NCBI GenBank assembly: GCA_937146765.1
Contig: CAKZRP010000068.1
Span: 4,530 to 68,529 of the forward strand
Reading direction: 5' to 3'
Source of the DNA: an uncultured Rhodobacteraceae bacterium
Lineage (GTDB): Bacteria > Pseudomonadota > Alphaproteobacteria > Rhodobacterales > Rhodobacteraceae
Length of the DNA: 64,000 nucleotides
In this document: positions 18,491-28,450 of the stretch, in pieces
How positions within the stretch are numbered: position 1 is the first letter of the stretch
How the letters are laid out: each line of letters opens with the position of its first letter
The notes under the pieces: model-generated
Told to the model about the DNA's origin: nothing
The model's database searches: none
The model's input: the letters and a program-made list of their open reading frames with translations, nothing else
Made by a program: the position numbers and the translations under genes

Positions 18491-19927
18491 TCAGGGCAGG
18501 CGATGTGGTCCAAGCTCGTCGCCGGGCGGCAACAGGTGGCTCAGCGGCAGGGTGGCCTCGATCACGGTACCGCTGCCCTTGCCGGTCTGTCCGGCGCCGC
18601 GAGATGACAGAATGCGCAGGGTGCCGTCAAGCTGTTCCATCCGCTCCTGCATGTTGCGCAGGCCGATGCCGGGGCCGCTGCGCGCCGGTTCCGGTGGCAG
18701 TCCGCTGCCGTTGTCGGTGATCCGCATGGTCGCCCCCTTGGCATGGCCGCGCAGGTCCATGGTGACCCGCGTGGCCCCGGAGTGGCGCTCGATGTTCATC
18801 AGCGCCTCCTGGGCGATGCGGTAGAGGGCGATCTTGGCCTCCTGGTCGAGCCGGTTGCGGAACACCACGGTGGTGAAATCGGTCTGGATCCCGGTGCGGG
18901 TGGCGAAATCGTCGGTCAGCGCCTTCAGCGCCGGGCCGAGGCCAAGGTCGTCGAGCACGCCGGGACGCAGGTCGCGACTGATCCGGCGCACCTCGGTGAT
19001 CGCGGTGGCCAGCCCGTTGACGCCCTTTTCCAGCGGCGCTGCAGCGCCTTCGTATTCGCCGCGCCCGATCCTCCGTTTCACCGTCTCCAGGGTGTAGCGC
19101 ACTCCCACCAGAAGCTGGCTGATGGAATCGTGCAATTCGCGCGCCACCCGGCCGCGCTCCTCCTCCTGGGCGTCGAACACCCGCTGGGTCAGCTCCTTCA
19201 GCTTGGCATCCGCCAGTCGCCGTTCGCGGATGTTGAGGATCATGCCGGAGGCAAAGACCAGTAGCAACGCCACCAGCGCGATCGCCCCGATATAGAGGAA
19301 GGTGCGGCGCACCCGCATCTCCACCTCCTTGCGCGAGGTGGCGATGGAGGCGATCACATCGTCGATGAAGACGCCGGTGCCCACGGCCCATTGCCAGTCC
19401 TGCAGGCCGACCACATAGGCGATCATCTGGGCCTCTTCGCCGGTTGAGGGCTTCTGCCACATGAAACTGTGCCACCCCGCCCCCTGGCGGGCAATCTCGA
19501 TGAAGGTGTCGACGATCGGCACGCCCTTGGCATCGGTGAGCCCGGCCCAGTTGCGGTTGATGAACTCGGTCTGGCGCGGGCTCACAAGGTTGGTGCCGTC
19601 GTAGTCATAGACAAAGAAGAACCCGTCCTTGCCATAGATCATCGCGCTCAGGGTCTGGGTCACCTGCTGCTTGGCCGCCTCGTCATCGGGGGCGGCGGGA
19701 CCATAGATATGCATGAAGCCGTTGCGGGCCTGGGTCACATAGTTGCGCAGCTCCGCCTTCTTGGCCTCGATCAGCTGTCGCTCCAGCACCTGGATCTCGC
19801 GCTCGGCCATGGCGCGGGACTGATAGGCCACCAGCGCGGCAATGGCGAGGCAGGCCACGATCAGCGGCAGGGTCGCCAGCAGCGAGAGTTTCTGGGCGTA
19901 GTTGGGTTTCAACAGCAGGCGGAGCAT
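18491..19927 (-). CDS. Sensor histidine kinase with periplasmic Cache-like domain and HisKA_3/HATPase core
   Basis: Two TM segments flank a Cache-like region (GFFFVYDYDGTNLVSPRQ). The H-box is ARELHDSISQLL and the ATPase motifs are DNGSGL and GIGLRNMQER. Confidence 0.85.
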   Translation of the reverse strand: MLRLLLKPNYAQKLSLLATLPLIVACLAIAALVAYQSRAMAEREIQVLERQLIEAKKAELRNYVTQARNGFMHIYGPAAPDDEAAKQQVTQTLSAMIYGKDGFFFVYDYDGTNLVSPRQTEFINRNWAGLTDAKGVPIVDTFIEIARQGAGWHSFMWQKPSTGEEAQMIAYVVGLQDWQWAVGTGVFIDDVIASIATSRKEVEMRVRRTFLYIGAIALVALLLVFASGMILNIRERRLADAKLKELTQRVFDAQEEERGRVARELHDSISQLLVGVRYTLETVKRRIGRGEYEGAAAPLEKGVNGLATAITEVRRISRDLRPGVLDDLGLGPALKALTDDFATRTGIQTDFTTVVFRNRLDQEAKIALYRIAQEALMNIERHSGATRVTMDLRGHAKGATMRITDNGSGLPPEPARSGPGIGLRNMQERMEQLDGTLRILSSRGAGQTGKGSGTVIEATLPLSHLLPPGDELGPHRLP

Positions 19928-20293
19928 CGCTTGGGTCCAGAAGGCAGGGCGGGAGCCGGCGGGGGCGCCGGTTGGGCAGGGCTGAAGGGCAAGGCAATCG
20001 GGCGATCGGGCGGGACAGGCGGCAGGTCCCGAATCGTTACGGCAAAGAGGGGGCGAATCAAACCCCCGAAACGGGAGGCCGCCGCCGCGGGAGGCAAGGG
20101 TCAGAGCCCCCGCAGGGACATTTTATTCACGGAATGCTTACGTTGCGGGCAAAAAACCATCAGCTCTACGCAGTAGTTGGTATTCACATGTTTCACCACC
20201 AGAGTAGGCTGGCCGAACTTCAAGAAGGCCGCGCGAGGAAAGATGCGCGAGAGGTGCATCGGGGCGGCCACCACGTTTTGGGAGGAATGGAAT

Positions 20294-21379
20294 ATGGATC
20301 GTCGATCCTTTCTGAAGACATCTGCACTGGGTGGCTCCGCCGCCGCCGCATCCGCTGCTCTGGCCGCTCCGGCCTATGCTCAGGGCAACCGCACCCTGAC
20401 CATGGTCACCACCTGGGGCCGTGGCCTCGCCGGCGTGCATGACTCCGCACAGCGTGTGGCCGACAACATCACCGCGATGACCGATGGCGCGCTGACCGTC
20501 GACCTCAAGGCCGCGGGCGAGCTCGTCGGTGCCTTCGAGGTCTTCGACGCCGTGACCGCTGGTCAGGCCGACATGTACCACGGTGCAGACTATTACTTCG
20601 TCGGTCAGCACCCGGCCTATGCCTTCTTCACCGCCGTGCCCTTCGGCATGACCGCGCAGGAACTGGCCAACTGGTACTACATGGACGGCGGCATGGAGCT
20701 GCACGACGAGCTGGGTCAGATCTTCGGTCTGAAATCCTTCCTCGGCGGCAACACCGGCGCGCAATCCGGTGGTTGGTTCTCCAAAGAGATCAACAGCCCC
20801 GATGACTTCAACGGTCTCAAGTTCCGGATGCCGGGTCTCGGCGGTAAAGCCCTGGGTAAACTCGGCGCCTCCGTGCAGAACATCCCCGGCTCCGAAGTGT
20901 ACCAGGCTCTGTCCTCCGGCGCCATCGACGGCACCGAGTGGATCGGCCCCTGGGCGGACGAAAAGGCGGGTTTCCAGGAAATCACCAAGACCTACTACAC
21001 CGCAGGCTTCCACGAGCCGGGTGCGGGTCTCTCTGTGGCGACCAACCGCGACGTCTTTGAAAGCCTGTCGCCGGCGCATCAGAAGATTGTCGAGATCGCC
21101 TCTGCGGAATGCCACCAGTGGAACCTGGCGCAATTCCTCTCCAACAACGGCGCGGCGCTGAGCCGTCTGCAGGCCGGCGGCGTCAAGCTGATGGAATTCC
21201 CGGATTCCGTCTGGGATGCCTTCGGCAAGGCCTCCATGGAAGTGCACCAGGAAAACATGGGCGACGAGCTCTACAAGAAGGTCTACGACAGCGCGATGGC
21301 GTCGATGAAGTCCTCCTCTGCCTGGATCAACACCTCCTCCGGCACCTACGTGGCGCAGCGCGACCGCGTTCTGGGCTAA
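20294..21379 (+). CDS. TRAP transporter substrate-binding protein (DctP-type, COG4663-like) with Tat signal
   Basis: MDRRSFLKTSALGGSAAAASAALAAPAYAQ twin-arginine signal, SD ggagga 7 nt upstream, and a DctP-fold sequence (GADYYFVG, WFSKEIN, KFRMPG). Confidence 0.85.
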   Translation: MDRRSFLKTSALGGSAAAASAALAAPAYAQGNRTLTMVTTWGRGLAGVHDSAQRVADNITAMTDGALTVDLKAAGELVGAFEVFDAVTAGQADMYHGADYYFVGQHPAYAFFTAVPFGMTAQELANWYYMDGGMELHDELGQIFGLKSFLGGNTGAQSGGWFSKEINSPDDFNGLKFRMPGLGGKALGKLGASVQNIPGSEVYQALSSGAIDGTEWIGPWADEKAGFQEITKTYYTAGFHEPGAGLSVATNRDVFESLSPAHQKIVEIASAECHQWNLAQFLSNNGAALSRLQAGGVKLMEFPDSVWDAFGKASMEVHQENMGDELYKKVYDSAMASMKSSSAWINTSSGTYVAQRDRVLG

Positions 21380-21526
21380 TCGTCCGCGACGGACTTGAAA
21401 CGGATCCCCCGCGTGTGGTGCGGGGGGTCTCTTTGCACTTGCGCACCTGCGGTCGTGATCCGCGTGTCTCCGGAAGCCTTCCGTTGCCAGACGCGCCCGA
21501 CCGCCTGCTGAACTTCCGGGGGAGCC

Positions 21527-22474
21527 ATGCAGGACGACATGAGTATTTCCTTTTTTGGCGCGATTGGCGGCTTCCTGTGGTGGCTGGTTTCCAATGTGTT
21601 TGGCGCCTTTTACAATCTTGGCTATGCCCTCACCCATCCCGAGCTCTGGCTCGACTGGATGAGCTGGGGCGCCACGGTGGAAGACAAGGAAAGCGTCATG
21701 CGCCTTGTCTATTACGGTGGCTCGGTCGAGTTCTTCTTCGTGGTCTTCACCGCCTTCCTGATCCTCACCGCCGCGGGCATGTATTTCCGCGGCTTCATGT
21801 GGGGCATGGTTCGCGCGCTTGAGGGCTTTGCCAATACCTGCGGGCGCTTCTTTGCCTGGGCGGGCTTGCTGATGGTGCTGCAACAGATCATCATCGTCTT
21901 CATGCAGCGCATCTTTGCCCGGCCGGACATGAGCTTCGGCCTCGGCATCGAACTGCAGATGGATGTCTCCTGGTTCGCCGAAGAGCTGAAGCTCTACAAC
22001 GCCCTCGTGGTCTGCCTCTGCGTCACCTACACCTTTGTGCAGGGCGGCCATGTGCGGGTGGACCTCGTCTATGCCGGCGTCTCCCATCGCACCAAGAAGC
22101 TGATCGACATGATCGGCGCGCTGATCTTCATGATGCCGGTGGCGGTGGTGACCTGGATGTACGGCTGGTACTTCCTGTGGCGTCACCTGATCGTGCCGAA
22201 CCCCTCGGCCTCCGATGCGCTGGACAAGCTGGTCATGAAGGCCCGCGCGATGCGCTGGAACATCGAGACCATCGGCTTCTCGCCCAATGGCTTCAACGGC
22301 TATTTCCTGTTCAAGATCCTGCTGGTCACCTTTGCCGCTCTGGTCTTCGTCCATGCGATCGCCTTCTTCTACCGCTCCTTCCTCGAATTCGTCGAAGGCG
22401 AGGCGTCGGAAGGGAAATACCTCGACAAGGATAGCCTTGGCGAAGGTGAAGAAGCCTATGAAGGCGCTCATTAA
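21527..22474 (+). CDS. TRAP transporter small permease (DctQ-type), enlarged to 315 aa
   Basis: Hydrophobic multi-TM protein between the P and M components. It has the DctQ-like core (GGHVRVDLVY) plus an extra N-terminal membrane region and an acidic C-tail. Confidence 0.75.
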   Translation: MQDDMSISFFGAIGGFLWWLVSNVFGAFYNLGYALTHPELWLDWMSWGATVEDKESVMRLVYYGGSVEFFFVVFTAFLILTAAGMYFRGFMWGMVRALEGFANTCGRFFAWAGLLMVLQQIIIVFMQRIFARPDMSFGLGIELQMDVSWFAEELKLYNALVVCLCVTYTFVQGGHVRVDLVYAGVSHRTKKLIDMIGALIFMMPVAVVTWMYGWYFLWRHLIVPNPSASDALDKLVMKARAMRWNIETIGFSPNGFNGYFLFKILLVTFAALVFVHAIAFFYRSFLEFVEGEASEGKYLDKDSLGEGEEAYEGAH

Positions 22475-22490
22475 CTAAGGGACAGCACTC

Positions 22491-24845
22491 ATGCTATTCG
22501 GACTTGATGGCGTCGAAATCGGCCTGATCATCGTCTTCCTCTGCCTCTTCGGGGGCATTCTCTCCGGCTTTCCGGTGGCCTTCGCCATCGGCGGGGCCGG
22601 CATTATCTCCTTCGGGATCATTGCGGCGCTCGACAGTGCCGGTCTGCTGGTGCACCAGGCCATCGACACCTCGAGCGAGGCCTATCGCGCGCTGGTCAAC
22701 ACCGGGGTGCGGCCGGATACGATCTCGGTCTTCCGCTACCCGGATTTGCCCCGCGCCGCCGAGCACGTGTTTGTGCAGGGCTGGGAAGTTGCGATGGACC
22801 GCAACGTCTCCTTCATCGTGAACCGGATCAACGAACGGGTTCTGGCCGGCGCCTCCATCGAGACGCTTCTCGCCGTGCTGATGTTCGTGCTGATGGGCAT
22901 CACGCTGGAACGCTCGAAGATCGCCAACGACCTCCTGACCACCATGGCGCGCGTCTTCGGCCCGCTGCCCGGCGGTCTGGCGGTCTCCATCGTGGTTGTG
23001 GGCGCCTTTCTGGCGGCGTCGACCGGCATCGTGGGCGCCACCGTGGTCACCATGGGTCTGCTGGCCCTGCCGACCATGCTGCGCAACAACTACTCGCCGG
23101 AACTGGCGACCGGTGTGATCGCCGCCTCGGGCACCCTGGGGCAGATCATTCCGCCCTCCATCGTGATCGTGCTTCTGGGCACGCTTGCGGGCGATCTCTA
23201 TTCCACCGCGCAGGAAACCCGCGCCAAGGAGGTGGGCTGCTCTGACGCTCTCACCTTCCTAGGCGAACCGGCGGTGGTCTCGGTCGGCACCCTGTTCCAG
23301 GCGGCGCTGTTGCCGGGCATCCTGCTGGCGCTTCTCTATGCGCTTTATGCCTTTGGCTATGCGCTGCTCAACCCGCACAAGGCCCCGGCCGTGCAGATGG
23401 GGGCGGCCAGCGAAGAGCCGATCACCCGCGGCGAAGGCCTGACCTGGTTCCTCGGCGTGCCGGCGGCGCTGATCGTGGGTGTGATCGCCCTCGGCAGCTT
23501 CAACGTGGTGGGCAGCCAGAACCTCACAGTTTCCGCCTTCTCGGATGCGGGCCAGACCGCAAGCCTGCGCACCAATGTCGGTGCGGAGTGCAAGGCCGCG
23601 ATGATCGATCTCCACGGTCAATCCGCCTGGGATGACGCGGTGGCGGAACAGGCGGCGATTGATGCGGCCGGTGGCGTGGAAGAGGCCCACAAGCTCTCGG
23701 CAGAAGAGCTGGTTGCAGCCCGCGAAGCCAAGATCGCCAATGCCGCGCCCATCGGTTCCGGTATCGCGACCATCATCGTGCTCCTGGGTCTGACCCTTGC
23801 GGTGGGCCGTGGCGTTGCGCCGTCGCGCGACGCCAAGCCCTTGATCCTCGGGGCCATCGGTCTGCTGCTTCTGGCGCTGGTCGATATCCTCGCCATCGGG
23901 CCGACCACCTCGGCCCTGGCGACCGTGGCGCTGATCGTGGCACCGGTGGCGCTGGCCCTCTATGGCTGCAAGACCGCAGCCGAACGCTGCGCCCGCAACG
24001 ACCTGATCCGGGTGGTTTTCCCGCCGCTGGTTCTGATCGTGGCGGTGCTTGGCTCGATCCTCGGTGGGATCACCAACCCGACGCCCGCTGCGGCGCTGGG
24101 GGCCGGTGGTGCCATCATGCTGGCGGCCTACCGCAAGCTGAAGGATCAGGGGCAGTCCGGCATGGTGATCATCTATGCCACCTTCGCGGTGGCCCTGGCG
24201 ATCCTCACCGGCATCAACTTCGACCTCAGGATCAACCAGGAAGTGGTCTCGGCAGAAAGCTACCTCGCCTTCTTCTTTGCCTATGCCTGCTACCTCTATG
24301 CGCTCTTCGGTCTGCTTTACGGCTGCTGGGTGCTGTTCAAGGGCGGGGTGCTGAGCCCGATCGTGCGGGAAACCGCCAAGGTGACCTCCATGGTCTTCAC
24401 CATCCTGATCGGCTCGCAGCTGCTCAATCTGGTGGTGATCTCCTTTGGCGGCGAGCATTACATCCAGGATTTCCTGAAGAGCTTCGACAGCGAGATGAAG
24501 GTTTTCCTCATCGTGATGCTGGTGCTCTTCATCCTCGGCTTCGTGCTCGACTTCCTCGAGATCATCTACATCGTGATCCCCATCGTGGGTCCGGTGATCT
24601 ACGGCGGGTCCTTTGACCCCAAGTGGGTGACCATCATGGTGGCGGTGAACCTGCAGACCTCCTTCCTGACGCCTCCCTTCGGCTTTGCGCTCTTCTATCT
24701 GCGCGGGGTGGCCCCGAAGGAAGTGACGACGGGTCATATCTATCGCGGGGTCGTGCCCTTCGTGCTGATCCAGGTGGCGGGTCTGGCGATCCTGTGGTTC
24801 TTCCCCTCGATCGTGACCATCGTTCCGGCCTTGATGCCGAACTGA
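22491..24845 (+). CDS. TRAP transporter large permease (DctM-type), enlarged to 784 aa
   Basis: DctM-like segments (GATVVTMGLLALPTML, ASGTLGQIIPPS, FGFALFYLRGVAP), with large insertions including a soluble ~100-aa Ala/Glu-rich loop. Confidence 0.85.
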   Translation: MLFGLDGVEIGLIIVFLCLFGGILSGFPVAFAIGGAGIISFGIIAALDSAGLLVHQAIDTSSEAYRALVNTGVRPDTISVFRYPDLPRAAEHVFVQGWEVAMDRNVSFIVNRINERVLAGASIETLLAVLMFVLMGITLERSKIANDLLTTMARVFGPLPGGLAVSIVVVGAFLAASTGIVGATVVTMGLLALPTMLRNNYSPELATGVIAASGTLGQIIPPSIVIVLLGTLAGDLYSTAQETRAKEVGCSDALTFLGEPAVVSVGTLFQAALLPGILLALLYALYAFGYALLNPHKAPAVQMGAASEEPITRGEGLTWFLGVPAALIVGVIALGSFNVVGSQNLTVSAFSDAGQTASLRTNVGAECKAAMIDLHGQSAWDDAVAEQAAIDAAGGVEEAHKLSAEELVAAREAKIANAAPIGSGIATIIVLLGLTLAVGRGVAPSRDAKPLILGAIGLLLLALVDILAIGPTTSALATVALIVAPVALALYGCKTAAERCARNDLIRVVFPPLVLIVAVLGSILGGITNPTPAAALGAGGAIMLAAYRKLKDQGQSGMVIIYATFAVALAILTGINFDLRINQEVVSAESYLAFFFAYACYLYALFGLLYGCWVLFKGGVLSPIVRETAKVTSMVFTILIGSQLLNLVVISFGGEHYIQDFLKSFDSEMKVFLIVMLVLFILGFVLDFLEIIYIVIPIVGPVIYGGSFDPKWVTIMVAVNLQTSFLTPPFGFALFYLRGVAPKEVTTGHIYRGVVPFVLIQVAGLAILWFFPSIVTIVPALMPN

Positions 24846-24876
24846 TCCGGTCCCCGAAAGACCGACCAAATGAAAA

Positions 24877-24903
24877 GGGCCCCGCACTGCGGGGCCCTTT
24901 GCT
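24877..24903 (+). terminator. Intrinsic terminator of the TRAP operon
   Basis: GGGCCCCGC-act-GCGGGGCCC (9-bp stem) followed by TTTGCTGTT, about 30 nt after the DctM stop. Confidence 0.7.
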
Positions 24904-25001
24904 GTTCCTGATCGGTGCCGTCTGTGACAGGAGGGCGAGAGGCGCTGCCGCTCTCGGCCCAAGGCCAAGGCCCCCGGGGATAGGGGCAAGCACCCGATGG
25001 C

Positions 25002-25397
25002 TCAGGCGAACTGGATCAGATCCCAACGGTTGCCAAAGGGATCTTGCCAGACGGCCACTGTGCCATAGGGCTCGATCCGCGGCTCCTCCTCGAAATGAAC
25101 CCCGGCGGAGAGCATCCGGGCATGGTCGCGAGAAAAATCATCGGTGGCGAGGAACAGGCCGACCCGACCGCCGAACTGGTTGCCGATGGCCGCCTGTTGG
25201 CGGGGTCCATCGGCGCGGGCGAGGATCAGGCTGGCGGCCTGTCCTGCGGTCTCGGCGCCGGGAGGGCAGATGCGCACCCAGCGTTTGGGACCGAGGTCGA
25301 GATCCTCGACCAGGGTCCAGCCGAGGGTCCCGCAATAAAAGGAGATGGCCGCGTCATAGTCATCTATGACGAGGGAAAACGCGTGCAGATGCGGCAT
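25002..25397 (-). CDS. VOC (glyoxalase/bleomycin-resistance/dioxygenase) family protein
   Basis: 131 aa with a typical VOC fold sequence (HAFSLVIDDYDAAISFYCGTLGW...DPFGNRWDLIQ). Confidence 0.8.
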   Translation of the reverse strand: MPHLHAFSLVIDDYDAAISFYCGTLGWTLVEDLDLGPKRWVRICPPGAETAGQAASLILARADGPRQQAAIGNQFGGRVGLFLATDDFSRDHARMLSAGVHFEEEPRIEPYGTVAVWQDPFGNRWDLIQFA

Positions 25398-25400
25398 GGG

Positions 25401-26264
25401 TTACCTTTTGCTGGGGTGTGACCCGCCGGGACCGGCGCCTTTGGGCTGCCCCGGGCTGGCCGATTGCGGCAGCTGGATATTGGCCACCTGTTCGGCAATC
25501 GGCGCGGTGGAGAGCGGGTGATGCTCGCGGGCAAAGGCGGCAGGGTCCTGCATCGGCATCCACTCGCCCCCGAAATAGATCTCCAGCCCGGAGAACTTCG
25601 CCTTGTAGCCCATCTTCTGGCTGCCGGGCACCCAATAGCCCAGATAGACATAGGGCAGCCCGGCCTCGCGGGCGATCTCGATATGGTCGAGCACCATGAA
25701 GGTGCCGAGCGAAAGCTGCGGCAGATCGGGATCGTAGAAGGAATAGACCATGCTCAGCCCGTCCTCCAGCACATCTGTCAGCGAAACAGCGGTGAGCGCA
25801 TGGCTCTCGGGGGCGACATATTCCACCACCCGGGTGCGGATCGGCGTTTCCTCGATCATCGCGGCATATTCGAAGACATCCATATCCGCCATGCCGCCAT
25901 CGGCGTGCCGCTGGTCGAGGTAACGACGGAACAGCGCGTATTGATCCTCGGTCGCCCAGGGCGAGGTCGCCCGGCGCTCCAGATGGCGGCTGCGGTTCAG
26001 GGTCTTGCGCTGGCCACGGGTGAGGGCAAAGCGGTTGACGTCGATCCGCGCCGACATGCAGGCGGAACATTCCGAACAGGACGGCCGGTAGAGCACGTTC
26101 TGCGAGCGTCGAAACCCCTGATGGCTCAGCGAATTGTTCAATTGCTCCACCCCGTCGCCCTGCAGCGCGGTGAACAGTTTGCGCTCCATCCGGCCCTCCA
26201 GATAGGGGCAGGGCTGCGGCGCGGTCACGTAGAACTGGGGGGCGATCGGAAGCGTATGGCGCAT
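25401..26264 (-). CDS. bpt: Arginyl/leucyl-tRNA--protein transferase (Bpt/ATE family)
   Basis: [49 protein letters not shown]. The start is taken at the internal Met 26264. Confidence 0.85.
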   Translation of the reverse strand: MRHTLPIAPQFYVTAPQPCPYLEGRMERKLFTALQGDGVEQLNNSLSHQGFRRSQNVLYRPSCSECSACMSARIDVNRFALTRGQRKTLNRSRHLERRATSPWATEDQYALFRRYLDQRHADGGMADMDVFEYAAMIEETPIRTRVVEYVAPESHALTAVSLTDVLEDGLSMVYSFYDPDLPQLSLGTFMVLDHIEIAREAGLPYVYLGYWVPGSQKMGYKAKFSGLEIYFGGEWMPMQDPAAFAREHHPLSTAPIAEQVANIQLPQSASPGQPKGAGPGGSHPSKR

Positions 26265-26458
26265 AAGTGGGGTCTGGGGCTCTTTCAAACAGGGGACGAT
26301 GGCAAACAAGGCCCAAGCTGAGGCGATGATACCAACCGTCCTGGGCCTGACAAGTGGGCTTATGAAAAATGGATTAACACAGCGCAAATCCCGCAGTCCG
26401 TGGGCTAGGGCTGCGGGACATTCCAGCTTTGGCGCGGTCTGCGGCGGGTGTCCGACGC

Positions 26459-26890
26459 TCAGGCGCGGGTCTTCAGCATCACGGTGCCGAGGAGATGATC
26501 GCTGAGGCCCTGGCCGCGGGCGGTGGTGAGCATCAGCAGGATCGAGATGATCTGCAGCACGAAGACCGCCATCGAGATGGTGTAGCCAACCGTGTGCAAC
26601 AGCGCGGTGCCGCCATCGAGACGGGCGCCGGAATATTCTCTGAGCTCGATGCCGCAGAAGCGCATGCCGAGTGTCGCGGAGCCGTTCGCCAGGGTGGCCA
26701 CCCGATAGACGAAGCCCACCGTCAGGTAGAGCGCGGGCCAGACCAGCAGCCCGAGAAAGGCGGTGAAGGGCACGATCAGCGCCGAGAGCGCAAAGATCAG
26801 CGCGGTGTCGATCACGAAGGCAAGCAGGCGCTTGGGCACCACGCCGGAATAGAACTCGGCCTGGATGTCAGGATCGGGAAGGGCGGTCAT
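26459..26890 (-). CDS. RDD-family membrane protein
   Basis: 143 aa with three TM segments and a [14 protein letters not shown] motif characteristic of RDD proteins. Confidence 0.7.
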   Translation of the reverse strand: MTALPDPDIQAEFYSGVVPKRLLAFVIDTALIFALSALIVPFTAFLGLLVWPALYLTVGFVYRVATLANGSATLGMRFCGIELREYSGARLDGGTALLHTVGYTISMAVFVLQIISILLMLTTARGQGLSDHLLGTVMLKTRA

Positions 26891-26971
26891 TCGGGGCTCC
26901 GGGATCAGGGGAGGAGGAGATCCCCCGCAGCTTGTGCGGGGGAGGGGAGGCAGGTCTTCGAGCGGGCGGGC

Positions 26972-27415
26972 TCAGGTACGGGCGCGGTCCGCCTCGTCTT
27001 CGGCGTCATCCGCCGCGTCGGCATGGCGGGCGCGGTCATCCATGAACTGATCGAACTCCGCCTTGTCCTTGGCGGCGCGCAGCCGGGCGAGGAAGGCCTC
27101 AAAGTCGGTCTGTTCCTGCTCCAGACGCGCCAGGGTGTCGGCCTTGTAGGCGTCAAAGGCGCTGTTGCCGCTGGACTTCATCGCGCGAAAGCCGCGCTGC
27201 ATGTGGGAGGACCGGTGACTGCAGGACTTGCTGAACATGCGCTTGCTCCAGATCATATAGGCGAGAAGGCCAAGGCCGAGCGGCCAGAAGAAGACGAAAC
27301 CGAGGACCATGGCGGCAATCCAGGCGCCCTTGCCCTTGGCATCAAGCCAGGCCTCGCTCTTGGACAACCAGCCCTGATGGGGGGCGGGCGGCAGGTTGGT
27401 GGTATAACTTGTCAT
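26972..27415 (-). CDS. DUF2852-type membrane-anchored protein
   Basis: TM segment AWIAAMVLGFVFFWPLGLGLLAYMIWSKRM and a helical C-terminus (FDAYKADTLARLEQEQTDFEAFLARLRAAKDKAEFDQFM). SD ggagg precedes the ATG at 27415. Confidence 0.7.
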   Translation of the reverse strand: MTSYTTNLPPAPHQGWLSKSEAWLDAKGKGAWIAAMVLGFVFFWPLGLGLLAYMIWSKRMFSKSCSHRSSHMQRGFRAMKSSGNSAFDAYKADTLARLEQEQTDFEAFLARLRAAKDKAEFDQFMDDRARHADAADDAEDEADRART

Positions 27416-27640
27416 CTTTGGCCTCCACGGCGTTGGGGTGTATGTAAACATCATTTACATCACTGATATGTGGAGGTGGAGCCGCCCCTTCAAGATCTGA
27501 TGTAAAGGTTTTTCACATTCACTCTGATTTTGCGATGAGCCGATCGGATGCCAGCAGGACGATCCCGCCGCCGGAGCTGCGAGATCCCTGTGTTTCATAC
27601 CTGTTTTCAGAGTATTGGGCCGCAGCCGCAACGGGACGCC

Positions 27641-28147
27641 TCAACGGGACAGGGGCAGGCCCATGTCCCTGTGCATGGCATGAAATTGTGCCGTGACACT
27701 GTCGCCCGCAGTGAGGTTGTCGGTGCCAAAGGGGAACCAGGGGCCACTCATCCCGCCGGTGGTGGACCAAAGGTCGCCCGCGCCGTCGACGCGATAGCGG
27801 GTGCAGGTCTTGACCTCGCTTTCCTTCAGGCCGAAGTCCTGTTTCCAGACCCAATGCGCCTCGTAACACATGCGCCCGGCGGTGGTGGCATACCAGCGGC
27901 CGAAACCGATGCTCTGTTCACTGGAATTGACCGCATAGAAGGTGCCCTTGGGATCCCAATAGGCGTAGGAGCCGCCCCCCCAATCGGCGGATTTGCCGGC
28001 GAAGATGCGGTAGACATAGTCAGCAGCCGGCTGTCTGGAACTTGCAGGCACCGGACCCGCAGCCTGCGCGGGGCTTGGTGCCGACAGACCAGAGAGGCCC
28101 GCCGCCACCAGCAGGGAGGCGACACGGATTTGACCAGAAACACTCAT
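27641..28147 (-). CDS. Secreted hypothetical protein (DUF995-like)
   Basis: Signal peptide (VASLLVAAGLSGLSAPSPAQA) and SD ggagga before the ATG at 28147. The family assignment is from memory only. Confidence 0.5.
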   Translation of the reverse strand: MSVSGQIRVASLLVAAGLSGLSAPSPAQAAGPVPASSRQPAADYVYRIFAGKSADWGGGSYAYWDPKGTFYAVNSSEQSIGFGRWYATTAGRMCYEAHWVWKQDFGLKESEVKTCTRYRVDGAGDLWSTTGGMSGPWFPFGTDNLTAGDSVTAQFHAMHRDMGLPLSR

Positions 28148-28410
28148 TAACAATCCTCCAAAACACGCCTGTATGGGTATTTGAAGTTGCACCTTATTGA
28201 GATCGCGCACCCTCGCCCGGGGGGCACGACAGGACGCGGAACCTGCCCGTTCCGCCCGCACCAGAGGGCGCCCGCCCCGGTTGATTTGAGGGGTGGATCT
28301 GGCCAGTGCTGATAGAAAAAGGCTGCCATAAAAAGAGCATCAAAGCAACCATAACCATCTGAAAACAATCATCAGATTTGGAATTGTCTCGCCGCGCTGC
28401 AGCAGGCTCC

Positions 28411-28445
28411 GGGGCCGGGGCCGGGGCTGGGGCTGGGGCCGGGGG
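28411..28445. repeat. Hexanucleotide microsatellite (GGGGCY), about 5.8 units
   Basis: ggggcc ggggcc ggggct ggggct ggggcc ggggg, read directly. It ends 5 nt before the minus-strand stop codon at 28451-28453. Confidence 0.9.
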
Positions 28446-28450
28446 CGACC

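Noticed and set aside
20138-22471. 777-aa minus-strand ORF
   Set aside because: It is antisense to the TRAP substrate-binding and small-permease genes. Its composition is biased (H/G/R/A/E) and it has no domain signature.
23259-24989. 576-aa minus-strand ORF. The 569-aa ORF at 56249-57958, the 499-aa ORF at 42841-44340, the 484-aa ORF at 44580-46034 and the 479-aa ORF at 45905-47344 are of the same kind.
   Set aside because: All lie opposite genes with strong family signatures (DctM, ArgS, BNR protein, VWA protein, lipoprotein) and show the same biased composition.
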